Source: Monocercomonoides exilis PA203
Taxonomy: Eukaryota; Protista; Preaxostyla
Length of the DNA stretch: 64,000 bases
Assembly: GCA_001643675.2 (NCBI GenBank)
Contig: LSRY02000017.1
Span: forward strand, 930,001 to 994,000
Reading direction: 5' to 3'
How positions within the stretch are numbered: position 1 is the first letter of the stretch; each line of letters starts with the position of its first letter. The notes under the pieces are model-generated. The model made no database searches, was not told where the DNA came from, and worked only from the letters and a program-made list of their open reading frames with translations. Below, one piece after another: positions 39,049 through 49,500 of the stretch. The position numbers and the translations under genes are program-made.

Positions 39049-39792
39049 AATACATAAAGATATGATCAAAAAATTTTGTTTGTTAAGTCATCTTTTAATA
39101 AATGTGCAGAAAAAAAATATTCGAATTAAATAAATATATTTTCCATATTCTAAAAATTTATCCTGGATGAAAAAAAAAAAAACAGTTTCATTAACTCGTG
39201 AGTTTCATATTTGAAAAGTCTCCGATGTTAGATATCAGAGTTAAATAAAATTGAACCATATTTGATCATTTTTGTTATTTATCAATAAAATCTCTCCAGG
39301 ATGCACTCATTCAAACATAAATATGGATTTTATTAACAAATTTGCAAAATGTTTAGGTATTATTGATTTATTGAAAAAGGGCTCAAATAATAAGCATTTA
39401 TATTTTACCCAGATATTAAACATTTGCGGCTTTTCAACAAGAACTTCCTTAATGTGATTTATTTTTTATCACGTTAATTTTCTAAATGTAGATAATTAAA
39501 AATTTTCATTTCTTTTTTAAAATGTTGTTTTTTTTAATTATCAAAAGCATAATTATTGTTCCAATTGTCAACGTATTGAATGAATTCATATGAAATATGG
39601 TCTGAAAATCTATTTATCTTTTTTTAGTGTTCATTTATATATAAATTATAAAAATAGTTTAATCGAAATTTCTGATTGATAAAGTGTAAAAAAAAATAAA
39701 ATTACACAAATGGGTGATTGTTTTTGAAATCATAACTTTTTTCGGGATGTTGATTTTTCAAAGGTTGTTTGTCATTGGGAAAAGATTACGAA

Positions 39793-39905
39793 TTCAAATG
39801 ATGAATTCATAACAACTGTTTTTAAAACAGATGTTTGAGCTGAATTGAAGATGATGAACTCTCGAATAGGCATGTTCACTTTTCAGTGTTCATTCACTGA
39901 TTTTC
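39793..39905 (+). ncRNA. Candidate C/D-box snoRNA
   Basis: Perfect boxes in canonical order: C ATGATGA 39798-39804, D' CTGA 39840-39843, C' ATGATGA 39851-39857 (7-nt spacer), D CTGA 39897-39900. Lies in an ORF-free gap. The terminal stem is weak. Confidence 0.5.
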
Positions 39906-40929
39906 AAGGAAAATTTTCGGATCGGAAAAAATGAATGAAAAAATGTGTTTCGAAAAATAATCACCAATATTGAAAAGCATCAATTTCCTTTCTTGTAAAA
40001 TTAAAGGTATCCGAACGTAATTTGTCCAAAACATAGACTTTCATTTTCGCAGGAAGATTAAACAAAAATGATATACAAAAAAAATAAAAGAAAAGAAAAA
40101 AAAGAAAAACACTATCCACGTTCGAAAAGAAAGAAAAGACATTCTTTATTTTGAATTCGTTGATATTTCAAAAAAAAATTTTTTTTTGTAACTTTATTTG
40201 TTATTTCCACTTTTTTGAATTTATGAATTATTATAAAAACAAAAGTCTGCTCATTAATTATTCGATTTTTGTTGAGAGTTATTAAACAAGGAATGATTAT
40301 TGGCGTCAATCTGGAAGCAATTCATTTATTTTCGATGTTGAATAATGATTTTTTGAAAAAGTAAAAAATGAAGAGAAACATTTTACTGCTATCAGGAATT
40401 ACAGTTTTTTTTCAAATTCAGAAATTTCACGATGATAACTGTTTGTTGAAAATTAACAACATAACAAAAGGCTTCATTGAAATTGCTTCGAATTTCAAAA
40501 ATAGCACCAATAAAAGAAATATAGACGAATAATAAATCATTATTAATGCTATAAGGAAAATGAAATGCAATTTGTCACTCAGAAACGTAATAATCACAAT
40601 AAACTAGAAATAGTTTTAAATTAATAAGTTTAATGAAATGGTGGAGAATTCTTTCACTAAAATATCGAATGTTGATTTTCAGATGTAGAAAACTTAAAAA
40701 GTAAAAAAGCATCTGAATGGATTAAACAAAAATATACAGATAAAATTTGACTACAATCAGCTTTGAGCCAATATAAAGAATAAGCCAATGAGATAGCAGT
40801 CAAACAAAAGATACCGAGTACTCTCTAAAAAACAAAAACAAGCAGTGGAAATGACATGTTTTTCCAGTCGAACATAACCTCGAATTTATCGAAAAAATAA
40901 CTCCTCACTTAAATTTCACAGTTCTCAGT

Positions 40930-41804
40930 TCAAAGCTTTCCAGTCTGGTTGGAGTATCCAGTCTTTCCACTTATGCATGGGCTGAACAAGAACCGCAACC
41001 CATCCTTCATTAAACCAGGCAAAGAGGTCCAGAAAAAGAGAAGTGGAATAACTGCTATTCCACGTTTTTTGAAAACAAGGATATTTAGTAACAATCCCAA
41101 TAAAAACAAGAAAACGATCAAAGATGAAATGACGATGAGCATAATGCTTCCAAATGAAAGCGATTTTTTTTGAGATTTTTTTGGATCATCCTTTTTTGGT
41201 TCCACTTTACATCCTTGAGGATAATACATTTTTATTACTGCTCTTGTTCTATCATTAAAAAATAGAGAGACGAATAAAAAAAAAACAATGAAATAAAAAG
41301 AATCAAACGTCTGATCCTCAGCAGTCTCAGTTTTGTTTTGAGAACAGTAGAGATATATTTCTGCAGAAACTTCGGCTTCTTGTTTTTCCTTGTGCTTATC
41401 TGAAAAAATCATCATAACGATATAAAAAGGCATAATAGTGCGATAACAAATCAAACAAGTAAATTTTATGCAATTTTCTGATGTAATGATCGAGCCATAT
41501 TCAGATGAATAATCACCGAAGCACATGCACGAACGACTTTGAGTGTTTACAAAGTGAACAATACAATCTTCTGATTGACAACTTGTTGAATCAGATTTTT
41601 TAAAACCCTTTCGAAAATTCCATTGAAATTGGTAAACTCCTTTATCAACAGTATACGGGTTGTTGCTAAAACAAAAAAGTTGCTTTTATATAATTTCAAC
41701 AAATATTTAGCAAACTCTTCCCTCTGAAGTCCCGTAAAATCGTAATCTTTAAAGTTTTCATCTGCAAATGCGAATTGTAAAAGAATCAATAGCGATAATG
41801 ACAT
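40930..41804 (-). CDS. Cation-dependent mannose-6-phosphate receptor / ATG27-like type I membrane sorting receptor, ~235 aa; introns 41666-41715, 41400-41456, 41249-41308
   Basis: Signal peptide MSLSLLILLQFAFA, YDFTGL, Cys-containing MRH-like ectodomain, LSFGSIMLIV TM, and the family tail motif KRGIAVIPLLFFWTSLPGLMKDGLRF followed by GYSN. Confidence 0.82.
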
Positions 41805-42066
41805 GGACAAAAACGATAAAATCAATTCAGATCGTTTCCTTTGATTTTTTATTATCTGATCAAATTTCAATTTAATTAAAGAAGGGATTTATGATCAAAA
41901 TTAAAAATTTGCATTTTTGTGAAAAAATAATCAGTTCAAAGGTTAATTCACTTTACTATGCATAGCCATTAATTTGTATTTTATTTTGAAAGGGACCTGA
42001 GACTTTTTACTTTTACTCAGACAAAATATTTTGTTAATTATCATTATCTAATGTTCTGTTAGTATA

Positions 42067-45000
42067 ATGCAGAGTCATTACCAACCTCCATCGGCCATTC
42101 CTTGTATATCTTTGAAAGGACATGCTACCGGATTATTGCGTCGTACACACGGATTCCAAAGACCTTTTTGCATTAATCAAGTTGTTACTTGGATTTTGCT
42201 TCTATCAAACATATTGTGCTTTGTTATATCCACCCCATTTTCTTTTGGAGTTGGAGGATTTTGCGCATGGCTTTTGGTATGTTTTGGTCTATTTCTTTTC
42301 AAATGATTTTGAGACTTATTTTTTCATCGAACAGATTTTTATTGGCTTGCTTTCTTTATCGGTTTCATTAGGAATATTCATCACTAAAAGCGATCCTACT
42401 GACGTACATTTGTACGATAGCAACATGCTTCCTGGGCGTTATGAATCTCAAAACGACCCTCGAAAATCAGATTCAGATCTACGATTTTGCCAATATTGTC
42501 GTTCATTTGTGTTTGACTTCAATGTTCTTATCAAAAAAACATTTTTATATCTTCTCCATAATTGTTATTTTTTTTATTTGGAATTAAAGTGCATTTAGAA
42601 GCAAACATTGCTATTATTGTTGCCGTTGCGTATCTGGATTTGATCACCATTGCATTTGGATCAACAATTGCATTGGGGAAACCAACTACAGGTTTTATTT
42701 TTTGTATTTTGCTTATTTTATTCTGCTTGGCATAACATAAACATCTTTCAATATTTCATTTTTAATTTTTCTTTAATAAATTCAATTTTGTCTCATTTTC
42801 TTTTGCTTTCATTTTATACTTATAGATTATTTGTATCGTTTTTGTTAGCATTTTTCTTTCTTTACGCATTTGAGATAATTCTCGGAATTGTAGCCATTGC
42901 CTATTCCTTTGCCAAATTTGATACTTCTTTTATTTACATGCCGAGTATGTGCACTTTATATTGCTTTTTTCTTATTTCTTTTCTTTTCTTTTCTTTTCTT
43001 TTATTTTCCTTTCTTTTCTTTTCTTTTCTTTTCCTTTCATTTCCTTTCTTTTCCTTTCCTTTCCTTTCCTTTCCTTTCCTTTCCTTTCCTTTCTTTTCTT
43101 TTCTTTTCCTTTCTTTTCTCTTTTCTTGTCTTGTCTTGTCTCATCTTGCTTATATTATCTTCTCTTCTCGTTTCTTCTCTTCTTTTTTTGTGAAACTTTT
43201 AAATGTCACGCAATTTTTATCTAAATGCTTTGTTTATGATGCATTTTTTTGTAGTTTGGCTTCACGTTATTTTTCTTCTTTGCACAATCGGAACAAGTGC
43301 TTTTCCTTTGGCATTTATTTCATATCTTCTCGGCTTTCATTTTTATATATGTATGCATCTTTACTTCTTAAAGAAAATTATTTTGCACTTGTTCAATTAT
43401 TTTGAATTTCAAACTCTTTCTTTTTTTTTTTCAATTTTTCTTTTTCTTTTTCTATTTTTCTTTCTTTCTTTTTTCTATTTTTCTTTTTCTTTCTTTTTTT
43501 CAATTTTTCTTTTTCTTTTTCTATTTTTCTTTCTTTCTTTTTTTTTTTAAATTTCTGATTCTGTATCAAAATTTCTCGCTTCTATTACCACAATATTTAA
43601 TAACAATAATAACAATTGTTTTCCTTTATATTTAAACATTATTTAACTTACAAGTCCTGAAGCACAAATCAACATACGATGTGATCTTGGAGAGAAGAAG
43701 GAGAAGACAGGGAATTGAAGGCAGTTCAAGCAGCGTGCAATTCATCAATAGAAATGAGAACGAAAAGAAGGAATATGTCAATGAAAGTACATCAAAGAAC
43801 AGGGAAATGGTTGAAATGGAAGATTTGGATGATTTGGAAGAGAAAGAAGTGAAGCCAGCTGTGAGCAAAGCGAAAGGGAGAAGAAGAACAGAAGCGTACA
43901 AATATGAAGAAAATGGAGAGAAAGAGAGAAAAAGAGTGAGAAAGACAAGAAATTCCGAAAGAGAAAAGGAAAAATCGAATACCGAAAGTTCATTAAATGA
44001 AGATATAGAAAATGAAAAGATCAGAAAAGAAAGGCGAATAAAAGGAAAAGAGCAAAAAGAAAGAAAAGAAGATCAAGAAGAAGATCAAGAAGAAGAAGAA
44101 GAAGCGGAGGAGGAAGAAGAAAAACCGAAAACGAGAAGAAAACCAAAACTCATTCGTTCTCATTCTGCTGTTTATGGCGAGTCAAATATTGACAGAAAAG
44201 AAAGAGAAATGGCAAAGGAAGAGAGAAAATACAGAGAAAGGGAAAGGGAAAGGGAAAGAGAAAGGGAAAGAGAACGAGGTGGAAGAGAAAGAAGAGAAGA
44301 AGGAGGAGGAAACCGGAGCAAGAGCAGAAGAAGAGACAATTCCGCAATTTCAGAGAAACATGTGAATGAAAGCAACAACAGCAGGAAAAAGATGTTGCTG
44401 GCGATGGAAAGGAAGATGAAGGAGAGACACAGACTTCGCGAAAGAGAAGAAGAAGAAGAAGAAGAAGAAAAACAGAAGAAGGTTGGGCTATTTTTGAAAT
44501 CAGAGAAGGAAGAAGAGGAAGAAGATATTTATGCAGAAGTTGAGGAGGAGAAAGAAGAGGTAGAGGAAGAAGAAGGAGAAGAAGACAATGTTGATGAAGA
44601 GTTCGAAGAAGACAGTGAAGAAAGAGAAAGAGAAAGAGAAGAAGAAGAAGAAGAAGAAGAGATAAATGAAGATGAAAACGATCAAATAGAATATTCAGAA
44701 ATGGAAAGGAAAGAAAACAGACCTGAAATGAAGAGGAGGCAGAGGCAGAAGAAAAGAACAAACAACAGAATGCAGAATAACAATTATAATCAAAAAGATT
44801 ATGAACAATCGGATGAAATGAATGCGCCAAAGATTAAAACGAGAAAAGAAAGAAGCAAACGAAGAGAGAATGATTCAGAAAGAGAAATTGAAGAACAAGA
44901 AGCAGAAGAAGAAGATGAAGAAGGAATAATCGACAAGCAAACCATTGCAACTCCACACAGAACGAAGAAACTGATCCGAAGAAATTCTTCTCCTTCTGTG

Positions 45001-46119
45001 AGACCTTCAGACAATCAACAAGAAATGGCCAAGTTTGGAACACCCAAGAAATCTGCTGTATCATCATCATCTTCTTCTTCTCCATCTTATCCATCATCAG
45101 CATCATCAACGCCTATCCGAAAATCTGCAAACACAACACGAGATAACCAGAGAATTTCTACTCCTTTGCCACATCACTCTCAGCAACGCATTCCACCAAC
45201 TGCTCCACCTCCACCGCCACACCCACCGCCTTTACCTCCACTTCATCCACATCCACATACAACTTCACCTTCGCATTCACATCCTCATTCACATTCACAT
45301 TCACATCCTCTTTCTCCTCCACCACCTCATCTTCCCCCTCATCTTCCTCCTTCTTCTTCACAGCAATCAAAGATTTTCACTTCATACTCTTCTTCCAATT
45401 CACAATTGTCACATCAACAGCCATCAATTCACACGAGCAGACGTCATTTGCGTTCTGCTTCTCCTTCAATTCATCGCTCCTCTTCATTCACAGAAATACC
45501 CGTTTCTCGCAAAAGAGCTTTAGATCCATCATCAGTATCGTCCACACACTCAAAGAATGCTGATCTTCCTCCTATTTCTCCGAATCCTTCTATTTCTCCG
45601 GCTCCGCACGGAAGGAGCCGAAGGCCTATGGAATCTCCTTTTGCTCAGTCACGTTATGAATTGTCAGAATCTCCAAAGATATCAAGAAGCTCTACTCCAA
45701 TAACATCTCGTTCTGATCGTTATCTAAAGCAGCAAGGCTCAGTTTCTGCTCAAATCCCTCAAAAGAGAAGTCTTCAGCATTATCCCTCAAGTACAGGTGT
45801 GTCTTATTCATCATCATCATCATCATCATCTTCCTCCTCCTCATCATCTTATTCATCAGAATCTGCATATGAATTGGAAAATGAACATTCACATTCAAAC
45901 AGAAGTCGCACTGGAATAAAGAGGAGACAGTCTGTATCTGAGCAGCGGAGCCACAAGGAAGATAGCTCAGAGATGGATTATGTGTTTGATAACAAATCTG
46001 CGAGGGAGAAAAAACAAAGGAATAATGACACATTTGACAAGTCCGATTTGACAGATGTTGCTTGGTCTGCGAGAGAAAGAAGGAATATGAAGAAAAAGAA
46101 AAAGGATCTATTTTTTTAA
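42067..46119 (+). CDS. DHHC palmitoyltransferase (ZDHHC1/11-like) with ~800-aa disordered tail, ~1055 aa; introns 42277-42334, 42511-42589, 42692-42825, 42945-43254, 43351-43654
   Basis: [17 protein letters not shown] at the N-terminus. The spliced Cys-rich domain reads [45 protein letters not shown]. Four TM segments, and [17 protein letters not shown] as the TTxE-equivalent motif. Confidence 0.92.
42975..43145 (+). repeat. Compound pentanucleotide microsatellite (TTTTC / TTTCC / TTGTC) in DHHC intron 4
   Basis: Near-pure pyrimidine tract with a 5-nt period and drifting unit. Confidence 0.85.
43425..43545 (+). repeat. Duplicated ~45-nt pyrimidine block (TTTTTTCAATTTTTCTTTTTCTTTTTCTATTTTTCTTTCTTTCTTTTT) in DHHC intron 5
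   Basis: Two near-identical copies starting at ~43425 and ~43495, with a partial copy between them. Confidence 0.75.
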
Positions 46120-46583
46120 ATGTGATTTTTTAGTTAGAAAAGTCCATATGAACAGAAAAAAAATGTTCTGTAATTGTTATACTTAGCTTTCAGCAACTTA
46201 TTGTTTATGTTTGTTTTAGATTATTTTTGTTTGATATTGTTTTCAGTTCAATAGAATAAGTCATAGATTCAGAAAAGAAATGGCAAGATTTTTTGAAAAT
46301 GACTCAACAATCAGTCTTAAAGAAAGCAAAAACTTTTATAATATTTACTGAAAACAAAACAATCAAATATAAATATCAATAATTTCATACATAAATAACT
46401 CATATCTATCAATTAAAAGTAAATGAATTGTTTGTTATTTTCTATCAAAAAATCAAAATATTTCTAAAATCAGGCTAATTGCATTTAAGTGAAAACATTT
46501 ATTTAACAAAGGCACAATTCAACAACTAATTTCCTTCATCAAAGAACATTCAGATTTTTGAATTCTTTCCTTTTAGATACAAT

Positions 46584-49500
46584 TCAATTTTCACTTCCAA
46601 TAATCAAATCTGCACCAACAAGAGTATGCAACCAATCGTTTATTTTGTCAGAGTTTTCATTCTCATTTTCATTACCAGTAACATTTTCATCTGTGCTCTT
46701 TTCAATAAATGCTAAATAAGTACCTTCTTCATGTTCCCTTGCTGAATCCATCAACAAAACAGAATTCAATAGATTATCTTGTGAATGCCTGCGTTCACCA
46801 TCACTTTCAGAAATTGTTGCATCCGGTTTTTCCTTCTTTTCTGTATCGATAGCAAAATCTTTCTTCTTTCTCTCTCTCAAAAATTTATCCGCTTTGCTTT
46901 TCTTTCCCCCTTCATTCAAAATATCAAATATGTCTATTAATTCCTCCTCCTCATTATCCACTTTGCCTGAAACAAGTGCATCTTCATCTGATAGCCTTAT
47001 CGAATCTGCATCGTTCATCATCAAGATATCATCCAGCCAGTGAGAAGGAAGCGGGGACTGAGAAGACGAAGCACGTGAAGAAGAGACTGATATCGAAGCA
47101 TCAGTCGTTGATCCAGGAACATCAGAATCAGAAGGCAACCAAATCTGATTAAAAAGTAGAGGAGATTTTGTTTCAGTGAAATTAGGTTCTTCATCAGAAG
47201 TTGTTGGCTTTGAAAGCAACGGATCAGCTAAACTAACATCATCTTTTTCTCTTGAATTGTGGTCATTTGCAATCTGATCGATTTTCTCACTCAATTCCAT
47301 GCCAAGAATGTCTTTCATCCAATCATCGAATAATTGATTGGAAATCTCATCACCTTCACCTTCACCTCTGCCTTCGTTTTCGTCTTCGCTGTCTTCATCT
47401 TCTTCATCTTCGTCAGCATCTGAGATTTTTCCTTCTTTTTCTTCCTCTTTCACTTCCTCCTCCGCTTTCTTTGCCTGATTTATCATTAGCAGTCGTTGCT
47501 TCGCTCGCATCAATTTTCTTTGTGTTCTCTTTCTTCTTTCTTCTTCTTTCTCTCTTATCCTCTGCGAAATAGCTTTATGTCTTCGCTTCAACAGCACAAG
47601 AACAAGCGCCAACCGTTTCACCGACGCTGGATCAAGTGCACCAGATTCTTGTTGGCTTATATTGGAATTTTCTTCTTCTGCTTCTTGGATTGGAATAGGG
47701 GAAACAGCAACACTGACAAGCTCAGGCCTCATGCTTGTCCCAACACTCACTTGCTTTCTCCTTTTCTTCTTCTTCTTCTTCTTCTTTTTCTGGCTAGAAT
47801 CGTCGTTTTGTTCCATACTCAATGTTTCATCAGCCATCACTTCATATGCCTTGTTGAGTGCGGTGATTGGAAGACGGCGAGATAAAATAGCCTGCCGAAG
47901 ATACTTTTCTTCCACTTTTCCATCTGAAAGCTCGTTTTCAGCTTCTTCTTCATCCGAACTCTCTTCGCTTTCAGAAAAATAGGAGTATAAAGAATCACTA
48001 TCATCGTCATCATCATAATCATCATCATCACTGTTATCATTGTCGTTATCATCGTCATTGTTGCAAGACTCGCTTGTTTCCGGCTGTACAGACTGACTGT
48101 CAAATCCAACTTCTTCGCTTGGCCTGCTTTCACATGTGTTCTGCTCTTCGTTCTTGCTTTGTCTTTGGTTTTCATTTTCTTCAATCTCTTCAAGTTCGAT
48201 CAAATGAACATTTCTCATTGAAGTTGAATGCCCTTCAGTTTCGTGTGTTAAAAGTGATTCTTTCTTCTTTTCTGATTTAATTTTTTTACCTTCATCTTTG
48301 CCTTCTTCTTTGTCTTCACCTCCTTCTCCTTCTCTTTCTTCTTCTTCTTCTTCTTCACATCTTCTGTCTGTTCTTCTATCGGAAGCATCATCCATTGCAT
48401 CGCTTTGAGCAAGAAATGCCTTCTGCATCTGATTCTTTTCCTTCTCTCTTTTCTTTTTTCTCATCATTCTTCTGCATTTCTTGATGAAACACACAAAAAG
48501 AATGATGCAAACAACAAGAAGAACAAAAGACACAACAACAAGAGCTATGACACTTGCTGATATTGGAGTAGGAAGAGGTGGCAACGTGGGACGTGTGATG
48601 TCCGCAGGAAAAGTTGCATTCTTCAGCAGAATCAGCGGGAGTGATCGGAATGAGTCAGAAAGAGGAAAATCAGTTGATTGCTGTGAAGAAAATGAAGATG
48701 ATGAAATGCCTAAAGAAGAAGAAGTGTTTGTGTTGAATTGATCTGAAGAAGAAGAATAATAATAATGTGAAGTGTACAATGAAGAAATTGAAGTGCACAG
48801 AGATGTTGAATCGAAAGATGAACAGTTAATCTTCTGGAAAATATGTTGTTGCTCATCAGCATTATTCATTTTGTTTTCATTTCTAATTTCATTCCCTTTG
48901 CCTTCCTTTGCCTCTTCTTCTTTCACAGAGCCAGTAAAGTAAAGCACTCTCAAATACACCACTTCTTCGTCCAATGCATCGTTCAAATGAATTGTGCGTA
49001 TTATTCCCTTTGCAGACGTTTCGTTCTCAATTGAAGAGAAGTTGTAGTCTGTGATGGTGACAATGTCTGCAAACGGATCAATTTTTTCATTTGAAATCAG
49101 ATTGATTTGTTTTTCTTCTTTGGCTTGACCCAAATAAGCTCCTTTGGAATTGAGAAGGGATGAATTAGAAATTGTTGCCTTGTCAAGAATAGGATTAAAA
49201 GAAAAAGAAGAAGAAAAAGAAGAAGAATGCATATCATTCTTATTCTGTTGCTCAGAAGAATCACTTTCACCACTTTTCCCGGGCTTGCTCCGAAGCGAGT
49301 CCATCATTTCTTTTCTCCGAATTGCGCGAACAGGGCAGGACGAAATGATCTGAAACGAAATATTACACGGAATCAATAAGCTTCCAGTGAATGTGAGTTC
49401 GTGTATTATTCGATCAGCACCATCATCTTCCCAGACGATGTCTCCTCTTTCTTTTTCGACCCACGTCACCTCGTATAAAACAGGAACAGCAAACGGCGAA

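Noticed and set aside
39213-39390. RNase MRP-like pair GAAAAGTCTCCG ... AAAGGGCTCA
   Set aside because: The spacing is plausible, but P4 would have only ~5 pairs and I could not build P1, P2 or P3. An Infernal RNase_MRP search would settle it.
42650-43635. Phe/Leu/Ser-rich ORFs resembling multi-pass membrane proteins
   Set aside because: They are translations of pyrimidine microsatellites inside DHHC introns 3-5.
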